32,000 nt of DNA, from positions 30,001 through 62,000 of the forward strand of contig NZ_CP040089.1 in NCBI RefSeq assembly GCF_009617975.1. The letters are read 5' to 3'. This DNA is from Candidatus Nanohalobium constans (lineage in GTDB: Archaea > Nanohalarchaeota > Nanosalinia > Nanosalinales > Nanosalinaceae). A program made the position numbers and the translations under genes. Of the stretch, positions 23,757 through 32,000 are shown in pieces (position 1 is the stretch's first letter; every line of letters begins with the position of its first letter). A model generated the notes under the pieces. It had not been told where the DNA came from. It saw only the letters and a list, made by a program, of their open reading frames with translations, and made no database searches.

Positions 23757-24809
23757 TTACTTCTGAGCCTCCATCCATTGTTCTTTCTGCTTTTCAATCA
23801 GATCTGGGTTATCTCCATAGACATAATCAAATAACTCCTCTATATCCGGATCGTCCATCTCGATCGCTTTCTGAGCGGCTTCATCTATCCTATTCTCGGC
23901 TTCTTCCTCAAACTCTTCCAGTTCGTCAGTCCAGATGCCGTGATCTTTCAAGTATTCTTTGAAACGCTTCAACGGGTCTTTCTTGCTCCATTCCTCAACT
24001 TCTTCTTCATCTCTGTATCTTGTGGAGTCATCTGAAGTTGTGTGATCCTCTAACCTGTATGTTTCGGCTTCTATCAGTACTGGTTCGCCGCTTCTGGCTT
24101 TCTCCAGTGCTTCTTCTACTGCTTTGATAACTGCTAGTATATCATTTCCATCGACTTGTATTCCGTCTATTCCATATGCCAGTGCTTTCTGAGCGATTGT
24201 CTCCGACTTAGTCTGCTTTTCTCTCGGCATACTAATTGCGTACTGGTTATTCTGCACGAAGAAAATCGAGTGTGCATTGTATACTCCTGAGAAGTTCAGG
24301 CTTTCATGGAAATCTCCTTGTGAGGTACTTCCATCTCCTGTAAATCCTAGTACGGCGTTTTCGTCACCTTTCTTCTCCATCGCCATTCCTATTCCCGCTG
24401 TGTGGAGGTTCTGTGTTCCTACAGGGATTGCGACCGGTAAAGTATTCATTTCACTGAGTCCTGCCTGCCCGTTGGCGTCGCCCATCCATCTCTGGAAAAT
24501 CTTGTCAAGAGGTGCTCCTCTTGCGATGAATGCGGCGGTTTCACGGAAAGAAGGAGCCATCCAGTCATCTTCATCCAAAGCAAACATTGCGCCAATTTGA
24601 GCCGCTTCCTGACCCTTGTGCGGAGCATAGGTAGAAATTTCCCCTCTTCTCTGAAGGCTGAAAGCTTTTTCATCGAATTTACGGGCTAGAACCATCTGTT
24701 TGTAAAGTTCTCGGTATTCGTCCTCCTCTACCCATGGAAAATCGTCGTCATCATCCGTTCCCATCACTTCGATCCGCTGGATAGAACCACTGTAAACTTC
24801 TTCTCTCAT
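23757..24809 (-). CDS. 2-oxoacid dehydrogenase E1 component alpha subunit (TPP-dependent)
   Basis: TPP-binding motif GDGSTSQGDFHESLNFSGV...N, and an E1-alpha-like N-terminus (YKQMVLARKFDEKA). Confidence 0.9.
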   Translation of the reverse strand: MREEVYSGSIQRIEVMGTDDDDDFPWVEEDEYRELYKQMVLARKFDEKAFSLQRRGEISTYAPHKGQEAAQIGAMFALDEDDWMAPSFRETAAFIARGAPLDKIFQRWMGDANGQAGLSEMNTLPVAIPVGTQNLHTAGIGMAMEKKGDENAVLGFTGDGSTSQGDFHESLNFSGVYNAHSIFFVQNNQYAISMPREKQTKSETIAQKALAYGIDGIQVDGNDILAVIKAVEEALEKARSGEPVLIEAETYRLEDHTTSDDSTRYRDEEEVEEWSKKDPLKRFKEYLKDHGIWTDELEEFEEEAENRIDEAAQKAIEMDDPDIEELFDYVYGDNPDLIEKQKEQWMEAQK

Positions 24810-24835
24810 TATAATAGGGAAACAATCAAAGCTCG

Positions 24836-24843
24836 CATATAAA
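24836..24843 (-). promoter_or_regulatory. TATA-box-like element for the E1a-E1b-E2-E3 operon
   Basis: TTTATATG on the minus strand is centred about 31 nt upstream of the E1-alpha ATG, which implies a leaderless or very short-leader transcript. Confidence 0.4.
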
Positions 24844-25075
24844 GAATCGTTTGCAACCCTTCGGTGAATTATGAAGGAAGCGTACTTCTGTACAGCATGA
24901 CTCAGGGAGGTGTATACACCTAAAGTTGGCTTTATTGCATGTATTGAGGTCTAAATATTCTAAATGTTCATCGCGATGTGAAGTTGGTGTACAGCCCCTT
25001 ATAAAGGGAGTACGCCGTTAACCTCTATGGTGTACGATTAAGGCCTGCAGAAGGCTTAAATACGCGTTTTGGTAA

Positions 25076-25423
25076 ATGTCCTGTATGGGCATTGAAGTTT
25101 CTGATAGAGCGATGAAAGATTTAGTTGATCTTCCGGATGAAGTGGTTGAAACTTATCTAAGTAAGAAGGATGCAATGGAGAAAAGCCTGAATATAGGCGC
25201 TACACCTAGACAGGCTTTCGACAAGTTTCTATCTGGAAATATGCATCCTGTGCTTCAAATCAACCTTGGTAGAGATTACAGAGCATGGTTTATAGAAGGA
25301 GAGTACATAGAGAACTTAGAAGATGACAAAATCTATGGTTGGAGAGTTCTAAATAAAAAAGAGGCTAAGAAACTGACAGGCAAAATCAGAGATCCTCTCT
25401 CAATTTTCGAATCCGATCTCTAA
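25076..25423 (+). CDS. Hypothetical protein with weak RelE/ParE-toxin-like pattern
   Basis: 115-aa ORF. The pattern AMKDLVDLPDEVVE...GRDYRAWF...IYGWRVLNKKEA loosely follows the RelE/ParE layout (xxKDLxxLP...YRxxF...I..V). No adjacent antitoxin ORF is seen. Confidence 0.55.
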   Translation: MSCMGIEVSDRAMKDLVDLPDEVVETYLSKKDAMEKSLNIGATPRQAFDKFLSGNMHPVLQINLGRDYRAWFIEGEYIENLEDDKIYGWRVLNKKEAKKLTGKIRDPLSIFESDL

Positions 25424-25617
25424 TCTTAGAATTATCAGACTCTGTATTGCCTTCAACCATGTCCTTGGCACCTTCCTTCATACCTTCCATCAGGTCCTCA
25501 ATACTCCTGTCGGACTTTTCAACAGTCTTTGGCATAATAAGTATTAGTGGATGAATTCTCTTAAGATTAACCCTGCCCTACAGCAAAATTTGTAATCCTT
25601 GAGTAAAGCCGACAACC

Positions 25618-25624
25618 TAAATAA
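25618..25624 (+). promoter_or_regulatory. TATA-box-like element for the acetyl-CoA synthetase (ADP-forming) gene
   Basis: TAAATAA is centred about 26 nt upstream of the ATG at 25647, consistent with a leaderless mRNA. Confidence 0.35.
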
Positions 25625-25646
25625 CGACCTTCAGTAAAATCTGAAC

Positions 25647-27683
25647 ATGACTTTGGATAAACTCTTCACACCTGATTCTATAGCAGTTGTGGGCGCATCA
25701 AGAAAGGAAGGTAAGACAGGTCACGAAATATTCGAGAACCTTCTCCACGACTTCGAGGGCGAAGTAACGCCGGTAAATCCTAAAGCCGAAGAGATAGAAG
25801 GAGTAAAGGCAAAAGACGAAATACCAGAAGGAACAGAACTCATAGTTATCTCTGTCCCAGGCAAAATAGTTCCACAGGTGATGGAGGATGCAGCTGACAA
25901 AAATGTTGAAGCCGCCATAGTGATTTCGGCCGGATTCTCAGAAGTCGGGGAAGAAAACCTGGAGCGACAGGTAGTTGAGAAAGCGGAAGAAGCCGATATA
26001 GATCTCCTCGGACCAAATGTACTGGGGCTAATCAATACAGAGAACTCGATGAATGCTTCATTTGCTTCCAAGATGCCTGAGGCAGGGAATATCTCATTTA
26101 TGAGTCAGTCAGGGGCATTCTGTACAGCGATATTGGATTATTCGAAGGCTGAGCACATTGGCTTCCGCCACTTCGTCTCACTCGGCAATAAATCCATTTT
26201 GAACGAAGTAGACTTCCTCAGAAAATGGCGAGAAGACGAAACCGACGCAATAATATCTTACACAGAAGGAATAGAGAACGGCAGAGAATTTATGGAAGAA
26301 GCAGAGAAAACTTCTAGAGAGAAACCAATAGTCATGGTTAAATCTGGTAGAACAGACAAAGGAGGCGACGCAGCCTCAAGCCACACAGGAAGCATAGCGG
26401 GGAGCTACCAGGCCTATCAGGCAGCTTTCAGAAAAGCAGGTATAATAGAAGCAGAGTCCAACCGAGAACTACTGGATTATGGAAGAGCCTTCTCATATCA
26501 AGAAGTTCCTGAAGGAGGAAAAATAGCTATAATAACGAACGCCGGCGGACCTGGGGTTATAACAACAGATGAAATCAGTCAGAAAGGATTAGAACTGGCA
26601 GAGTTCTCAGATGAAATCAAGAAAAAGTTAGAAGAGGAGATGCCGGATGAATCAACACCACATAACCCCTTGGATGTCATCGGTGACGCAGGTCACACAC
26701 GGTACAGGAAAGCCCTAGATATAATACTAGAAGATGAAGAAGTTGACGCAGCTATAGTAGTTTTGACTCCTCAGGCGAATACAGAAATAGAGAAGACAGC
26801 TAAAACAATTTCCAAAGCTAACGAGAAGTTTGACAAACCGATCTTTGCCTCATTCATGGGTGAAGAAGATGTCCAGAAAGGAATAGATATACTGGAAGAA
26901 AACCATGTACCTGACTTTCAGGATCCGGTTGACGCAGTAAAGACACTGAAAGCAATGAATCAGTACCGAGAGTTCCTCGAAACCGAGAAGACATTCAGAG
27001 ACATAGAATACGACGAGAAGAAGGCTGAGAGAGCAGTAAGAGACTATGCTGGTTACGAAGATGGTCATGAACTGTTGGAGGCTTACGGATTTAACCTGCC
27101 GTTAACCAAGGTTGAGGATGCGCCTCATCCTGCCCAGGAAGCAGCATCCAAAGTCGGGTACCCATGCGTACTCAAGATTGACTCGCCTGATATAAGCCAC
27201 AAAACCGAGATAGACGGGGTCAAAACAGGTATAGAAAACCGGGAAGACCTCAAAGAAAACTTCCTACAGATAGTCGACAATGTACACCACGAAAAACCGG
27301 GCAGCAAGATCAACGGTATAATAATACAGGAACAACTTGACGGCCTGGAAGTAGCACTAGGAATGAAACGCGACCCGCAGTTCGGACCAACGATATTGAT
27401 AGGACTAGGCGGAATATACATAGAAGCGTTGCATGATATTTCTTTTGGAATAGCGCCAATCTCTGAAGAAGAAGCAGAACAAATGATAGAAGAACTAGAG
27501 AGTTCAGATCTATTTGAGGGTGTGCGCGGAGAAGAAAGTCACATTGAGCCGGTGAAAGACGCAATAATCAGATTGGGTGAGTTGGCTATGAATCACGAAG
27601 AAATCTCAGAGATCGATATCAACCCGCTGATTGTCAAAGGCGATACAGGATACATAGGAGATATAGAGATGGAGTTTGAGTGA
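25647..27683 (+). CDS. acd: Acetate--CoA ligase (ADP-forming), fused alpha-beta form
   Basis: N-terminal CoA-binding domain SIAVVGASRKEGKTGH, phosphohistidine loop ASSHTGSIAGS, and a C-terminal ATP-grasp domain, all in one 678-aa polypeptide. Confidence 0.9.
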   Translation: MTLDKLFTPDSIAVVGASRKEGKTGHEIFENLLHDFEGEVTPVNPKAEEIEGVKAKDEIPEGTELIVISVPGKIVPQVMEDAADKNVEAAIVISAGFSEVGEENLERQVVEKAEEADIDLLGPNVLGLINTENSMNASFASKMPEAGNISFMSQSGAFCTAILDYSKAEHIGFRHFVSLGNKSILNEVDFLRKWREDETDAIISYTEGIENGREFMEEAEKTSREKPIVMVKSGRTDKGGDAASSHTGSIAGSYQAYQAAFRKAGIIEAESNRELLDYGRAFSYQEVPEGGKIAIITNAGGPGVITTDEISQKGLELAEFSDEIKKKLEEEMPDESTPHNPLDVIGDAGHTRYRKALDIILEDEEVDAAIVVLTPQANTEIEKTAKTISKANEKFDKPIFASFMGEEDVQKGIDILEENHVPDFQDPVDAVKTLKAMNQYREFLETEKTFRDIEYDEKKAERAVRDYAGYEDGHELLEAYGFNLPLTKVEDAPHPAQEAASKVGYPCVLKIDSPDISHKTEIDGVKTGIENREDLKENFLQIVDNVHHEKPGSKINGIIIQEQLDGLEVALGMKRDPQFGPTILIGLGGIYIEALHDISFGIAPISEEEAEQMIEELESSDLFEGVRGEESHIEPVKDAIIRLGELAMNHEEISEIDINPLIVKGDTGYIGDIEMEFE

Positions 27684-28259
27684 TTATTGTCGGTTAAATT
27701 GCGTTTCAGGCAGATTTTCTGTTGGAATGGATTCGTCTCTGTGAATTCCTTGATAGTTTGTCCTAGAATTGTATCCTGAGGATAGAACTGCATATCCACT
27801 AGGATCTAGCACTCGATTTATCTCTTCAACTACTCTATCGATATCGTCTGAATTCAGATGTAGTTGGCTCGACACCACTAAATCGATTGAGTTGGTTTCA
27901 AAAGGTAGTTTCTGCCCCATGGCTCTAAAGCTGCTTTGATCTTGATCTTCGTAACATTTTCTACTCATCTCATTGCTTGGATCAAGAGCTAATTCATTGA
28001 ATCTGCAATTGGTTTCCTGACTCAGTTTTTTAGTCAAATTGTCTAAAGCTTCGCCAGAGGAGGATCCTATATCTAAAATATTGTATTCTCCCGACCTATC
28101 TGAAAGTATTCTGGAGAGTGACTCATAAACTAAATAGTCAACGCTTTCTTCATCTGTATACCTTCTTTCAGAAGTCGTCTGAATTGGATAAAAACCATCA
28201 TCTAATCTTTCATCAATATTAGGTTCTAGCGAGATAAAAGATGGATTCTCCTGAGCCAC
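27684..28259 (-). CDS. Class I SAM-dependent methyltransferase
   Basis: Motif I ILDIGSSSGEAL and post-I/II-like DLVVSSQLHL...VLDPSGYAVL. GTG start. The stop directly abuts the acd stop. Confidence 0.7.
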   Translation of the reverse strand: MAQENPSFISLEPNIDERLDDGFYPIQTTSERRYTDEESVDYLVYESLSRILSDRSGEYNILDIGSSSGEALDNLTKKLSQETNCRFNELALDPSNEMSRKCYEDQDQSSFRAMGQKLPFETNSIDLVVSSQLHLNSDDIDRVVEEINRVLDPSGYAVLSSGYNSRTNYQGIHRDESIPTENLPETQFNRQ

Positions 28260-28380
28260 TACTTCAATGTCGGCATTCTAATCTTAAGTTCTTTGTTTGA
28301 GAACAGACAGCATTTTGAGGAGCCCTGTTACTGCTAACGATAGCAATAAAGAAGATAAGGAAATTAGTTGGCAGATGTTT

Positions 28381-28659
28381 CTACTTCTCTATCTTCTCTG
28401 TTTTGTTCCCGTTTGCCAGTTTCTCTGCTTTTTCCAGGCTTTCCTCGGCGTTATTGGCTAAAGCCTTGGCTTTCAGATCTGGTCCGCCTATTGCCCCCGC
28501 TAAGCTTACTTCAGCTTTTTCTACAAAGTTTTCGACTGCTGAAAAAGGATTAAAAACTGCAAAGCCGTTATTCTGGCTTGTTTTCGTGTCTTGGCTTTGT
28601 GCTAGACCTGTGGCTGCAAGGAGTACGCCGATAAGGAGAAGCGTCAGTAGTTTTTTCAT
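28381..28659 (-). CDS. Small secreted hypothetical protein
   Basis: I chose the internal ATG at 28659 because MKKLLTLLLIGVLLAATGLAQS is a classic Sec signal peptide. The mature part is a charged helical sequence. Confidence 0.55.
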   Translation of the reverse strand: MKKLLTLLLIGVLLAATGLAQSQDTKTSQNNGFAVFNPFSAVENFVEKAEVSLAGAIGGPDLKAKALANNAEESLEKAEKLANGNKTEKIEK

Positions 28660-28771
28660 ATCTAGTATGGCTGTGCTTTTGTTTTTAACTGGTTTTGTTA
28701 ACAATCGTTTAGTTATTCGGCCGTGATAGGTTTTTAGACCGTCTCTGAGCGGTTTTCGTGTTCAGTTCCGT

Positions 28772-29587
28772 TTACTGGTTTTCTTCTCCTTCCGGAGGTT
28801 TTTCCTCTTTTTTCTGTCCGAAGCCTGCGGATAGTATGCGGGTCAGTGCTTCTTCGCCTGTTTCATCCGTTTCCTCTATTTTGTCGTCAGGGAGCTCTAG
28901 GACAAGTCCGGAGGTTATGTTGGGTGCTGTTGGCATGAAGATTATTTCTCTGCCGTCTTCAGTCTTGTTGCCGGTTTTGAATCCGTTTATTCTGATGTCG
29001 CCGTGGTTTATCTTGACGGGTTTGGATAAGTCTTCTGTGCTGCCTAGCATTGTCTCTGTAGTGACTTTTGTGATGTTATAGACTGATCCGAGGAACGGTA
29101 TACGGTCAAACACTTTGTCTAAGAGTTTTTCGAGTTGGAATCCTTGTTGTGTTCTCACTATTCTGCCTACTGCGGTGACTATGAATCCTCCGAATATAAG
29201 GAGTATGCTTAGTTTGAATGTTTGGTTTAGGTAGTATGCTGCTACGCCATTGTTGGCTATGAAGTCTGGGAATAGAATTGCTATGTTGAAGTAGTGGTTT
29301 CCGGGTATTGCTGCCAGTTTATCGAAGAGCCAGCTTACAACTATTAAAACTGCTAGTACTGGTAGTAGTACGATTGTTCCTGATACTGCTGGTTTTTTAG
29401 GATTGCCTAATCTCGCTGAAAGATTTGTTATGAACTCAGAACGGTTCTGTTGGTAGTATTCGAGTTTTTTACGTTGTTCTCGACCCTTTTCTATGCCTTG
29501 TTCAAGCATCTTCTGTGTTCCTTTCTCCAGATGCTTCCTACCTTCCCGAAAATGGTTCTGAGTGTTTTTCTCCCGTTCCTCTCCCAT
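28772..29587 (-). CDS. DUF502 family membrane protein
   Basis: Two TM helices followed by ...LLDKVFDRIPFLGSVYNITKVTTETML... and a C-terminal beta-rich segment, matching the conserved DUF502 layout. Confidence 0.7.
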   Translation of the reverse strand: MGEEREKNTQNHFREGRKHLEKGTQKMLEQGIEKGREQRKKLEYYQQNRSEFITNLSARLGNPKKPAVSGTIVLLPVLAVLIVVSWLFDKLAAIPGNHYFNIAILFPDFIANNGVAAYYLNQTFKLSILLIFGGFIVTAVGRIVRTQQGFQLEKLLDKVFDRIPFLGSVYNITKVTTETMLGSTEDLSKPVKINHGDIRINGFKTGNKTEDGREIIFMPTAPNITSGLVLELPDDKIEETDETGEEALTRILSAGFGQKKEEKPPEGEENQ

Positions 29588-29706
29588 ACAGTTACACCTT
29601 GATTCTCGGATTTTATTACTCTCACAATTTCAAAGAGCAAAAAGTTCCATCTAGTAACTTACAGGTTGCCCAACAACTTTTGTTAAACAAAATTACAGTC
29701 TGTAAC

Positions 29707-30843
29707 ATGGCAGAAAAGGAAGAAGCGCTCAGTCTCCACTCCAAAAAACCAGGGAAAATATCGGTCGAACCAAGCATCGACATCAGCACAAGAAAGGACC
29801 TAGAATTAGTATACACTCCGGGAGTTGCAGAACCCTGCAGAAAGATAAGTGAAGACGAAGAAAAAGCATATGACTACACATCAAAAGGAAACCTTGTAGC
29901 AGTAGTATCAGACGGATCTTCTGTTCTTGGACTTGGCGACATCGGTGCAGAAGCAGCCATGCCAGTAATGGAAGGCAAAGCCAACCTAATGAAAAAATTT
30001 GGTGGTGTAGACGGATTCCCCATCTGCATCAACGCAGACTCAGCAGAAGACATAATAGAACATGTGGAGAGAGAAGCACCGACATTTGGCGCGGTAAACC
30101 TGGAAGACATCAAAGCACCCAGATGCTTCAAAGCAGAAGAAGAGCTGAAAGAAAAACTGGATATTCCGGTATTCCATGATGATCAGCATGGAACAGCTAT
30201 TGTAGTAGGGGCAGCTCTTAGAAACGCTCTAGAACTAGCTGACAAGGATTTAGAGGATTCTAGAATCGTTATCAGCGGTGCAGGGGCAGCAGGCATCGCA
30301 GTAGCCAATTTTCTTCTAGAGTCGGGAGCTGAAAACATTGTGCCGGCTGACTCATCAGGAATACTTAGAACAGAGGATGAAAACAGCTATAAGGCAGATC
30401 TCGCTGAAAGAACACTGGCTTCGGAAGAGGAAGGAGACTTAGAGGATGCAATGGAGAATGCGGATGTATTCATAGGGCTTTCAGCTCCAGGAATAGTCTC
30501 TCAAGAAATGGTTGGGTCAATGGCGCAGAAACCAATTGTGTTTGCGTTAGCTAATCCGGATCCTGAAATATATCCTGATGAAGCCAAGGAAGCAGGGGCT
30601 TTCATCACAGCTACCGGTAGATCAGACTTTGACAACCAAGTTAATAACTCTCTGGCATTTCCAGGTGTTTTCAGAGGTGCACTCGATGCTCGTACATCGG
30701 AAATAACTGAGGATATGAAGATAGCTGCATCAAATGTTATCAAGGAATTTATTGACCCTGAGAAGGATAAGATTGTGCCTGAGACATTGGATAAGGAACT
30801 GGCTATGGAAATTGCTGACAAGGTTAGGGAGGAAGCTGACTAA
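29707..30843 (+). CDS. NAD(P)-dependent malic enzyme (short, prokaryotic type)
   Basis: LVYTPGVAEPC, FHDDQHGTAIV and the Rossmann motif ISGAGAAGIAVANFL. The track ORF starts at 29515, but its first 64 codons overlap the divergent DUF502 gene and are non-homologous; the ATG at 29707 gives a typical N-terminus. Confidence 0.9.
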   Translation: MAEKEEALSLHSKKPGKISVEPSIDISTRKDLELVYTPGVAEPCRKISEDEEKAYDYTSKGNLVAVVSDGSSVLGLGDIGAEAAMPVMEGKANLMKKFGGVDGFPICINADSAEDIIEHVEREAPTFGAVNLEDIKAPRCFKAEEELKEKLDIPVFHDDQHGTAIVVGAALRNALELADKDLEDSRIVISGAGAAGIAVANFLLESGAENIVPADSSGILRTEDENSYKADLAERTLASEEEGDLEDAMENADVFIGLSAPGIVSQEMVGSMAQKPIVFALANPDPEIYPDEAKEAGAFITATGRSDFDNQVNNSLAFPGVFRGALDARTSEITEDMKIAASNVIKEFIDPEKDKIVPETLDKELAMEIADKVREEAD

Positions 30844-31168
30844 CTTTATACCTCCATTCCCCCTCTTCGGCACCTTTATTATGTGCACATGCAGCTCTAG
30901 AGGAGGTAACTATGTCGCTGCCGCCGTCGTAGTCTATCTGTATCTCCCATCGACCTAAAGGCTTTTCCACATAAACTATTTCTTCTACATCGTAACTTTC
31001 CAAATTTTTGGAAATGTAATCACGATCTATGTTTACTTCGGTAACATCTCCCCGAATTGAGAAACAATCCACATTTTTACTTTGCAGAACTTCTTCTAGA
31101 CGTTCTAACCCTTCAAGCTCTTCCCTATCATAAAACAAGGCTTCCAACCGGCTCCAGACTGAGTCCAT
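30824..31168 (-). CDS. Hypothetical acidic protein
   Basis: 114-aa ORF whose 3' end overlaps the malic enzyme 3' end by 20 nt (convergent). No recognisable motifs. Confidence 0.45.
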   Translation of the reverse strand: MDSVWSRLEALFYDREELEGLERLEEVLQSKNVDCFSIRGDVTEVNIDRDYISKNLESYDVEEIVYVEKPLGRWEIQIDYDGGSDIVTSSRAACAHNKGAEEGEWRYKVSQLPP

Positions 31169-31255
31169 AACTCTAAATACGGAAAAACTCTAAAATCATT
31201 TGCCTATCTATTCAGTTATCCAACTATTTTTAGCTTTCTATCATAAACTCTCTTC

Positions 31256-32000
31256 ATGGAAGACAAAGTAAAACAAAAATACGTCAACGCAGGTAAAGTC
31301 ATACAGAAGGCTCGAAGGCACGCCAGAGATATAGCCGAGCCAGGAACTAACTATGAAACAATTGCTGAAGAAATTGAAGGACTGATTAGGGATGAAGGTC
31401 TAGAACCAGCTTTCCCCGTCAATCTCTCAACTAACGATCGGGCGGCTCATTACTCACCCGAAACTTCTGAAGAAAGAGTTTTGAAGGAGTCTGATGTCCT
31501 TAAGATTGATATAGGAGCTCACTGTGAGGGATACATCGCAGATACTGCTTTGACAGTCAATACTTCTGGAGAATATGACGAGATGATTCAAACAAATAGG
31601 GAGGTTCTTCAGGCAGCTTTAGACTTCCTAGAACCAGGAGTAACGGTTGGAGAGCTTGGAACTCACATCCATAACCAGGTGCCTGATGAATACAGCGTTG
31701 TCAGGAACTTGACAGGTCACTCTTTAGATAAGTTTACTCAGCACGCTGGTCTTTCCATCCCTAACATCAGGAATTCGGATGAAACAGTTTTTGAAGAAGG
31801 TGATGCTGTTGCTATCGAGCCTTTCCTAACCAAAGGCAGTGGTAAGATAAAGGAAGGTAAGAAAGGAAATATTTACCTTCATCAGGGTGGTAATGTCCGT
31901 GGTAGGACTGAGAGACAGTTGTTGAAGAAGATAAAGAATTTTAATGGGTTGCCGTTCAGTTCTCGCTGGCTTGATATGAGCGGTAGAGAGAAGATGGCTT
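31256..32000 (+). CDS. map: Methionine aminopeptidase, type II (archaeal), C-terminus runs off the window
   Basis: My translation from the ATG at 31256 gives MEDKVKQKYVNAGKVIQKARRHA...AFPVNLSTNDRAAHYSP...DIGAHCEGYIADTA, which are the MetAP2 metal-ligand motifs. Confidence 0.9.
   Translation, partial: MEDKVKQKYVNAGKVIQKARRHARDIAEPGTNYETIAEEIEGLIRDEGLEPAFPVNLSTNDRAAHYSPETSEERVLKESDVLKIDIGAHCEGYIADTALTVNTSGEYDEMIQTNREVLQAALDFLEPGVTVGELGTHIHNQVPDEYSVVRNLTGHSLDKFTQHAGLSIPNIRNSDETVFEEGDAVAIEPFLTKGSGKIKEGKKGNIYLHQGGNVRGRTERQLLKKIKNFNGLPFSSRWLDMSGREKMA

Noticed and set aside
29515-29706. 64-codon N-terminal extension of the malic enzyme ORF.
   Set aside because: It overlaps the divergent DUF502 gene start and the promoter spacer. 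Its composition is unlike the rest of the protein, and the ATG at 29707 gives the conserved malic-enzyme N-terminus.
1-32000. I looked for CRISPR arrays, rRNA genes, transposases/IS ends, integrases, restriction-modification or other known defence modules.
   Set aside because: I saw no regularly spaced direct repeats, no rRNA-like conserved blocks, and no DDE/tyrosine-recombinase motifs in any ORF. The two methyltransferases have no adjacent endonuclease or specificity partners. FxsA is a common membrane protein and not evidence of a defence island by itself.

Overview
This is a compact, gene-dense archaeal chromosomal window, mostly housekeeping genes. The archaeal signals are a histone, a family-B DNA polymerase, a tRNA with a bulge-helix-bulge intron, a class III (pilin-type) signal peptide, and TATA-like boxes about 25-30 nt upstream of starts. 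Moderate-to-low GC combined with strikingly acidic (D/E-rich) proteins suggests a salt-in halophile with a small genome, possibly a nanohaloarchaeon/DPANN-type lineage; that placement is inference only. In order, the window holds: M3B oligoendopeptidase F (partial), an M42 aminopeptidase, FxsA, a membrane protein, and intron-containing tRNA-Thr(CGU). Next come dnaJ, dnaK and grpE, separated by opposite-strand genes. Then a large pilin-signal surface protein, a 570-nt ORF-free structured spacer, a COG3359-type RNase H-like exonuclease, an archaeal histone, and PolB interrupted by a 490-aa LAGLIDADG intein. These are followed by a CaCA antiporter, a C2H2-zinc-finger/TM/DsbA-like protein, and a four-gene 2-oxoacid dehydrogenase operon (E1a-E1b-E2-E3). 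The window ends with a fused ADP-forming acetyl-CoA synthetase, two SAM methyltransferases, a DUF502 protein, malic enzyme and methionine aminopeptidase (partial). I found no CRISPR array, rRNA, transposase or recognisable defence island, and no convincing new multi-gene system. The most unusual items are: the E2 lipoyl domain with no canonical start codon (apparent ATT start behind a good SD), the structured ORF-free spacer at 12.1-12.5 kb (candidate ncRNA, minus strand) followed by an SD-preceded 38-codon ORF, the PolB intein with an apparent extra winged-helix-like insert, a 78-nt tRNA intron, the pilin-signal repeat protein, and a palindromic A5T5 box shared by the dnaK and dnaJ upstream regions.
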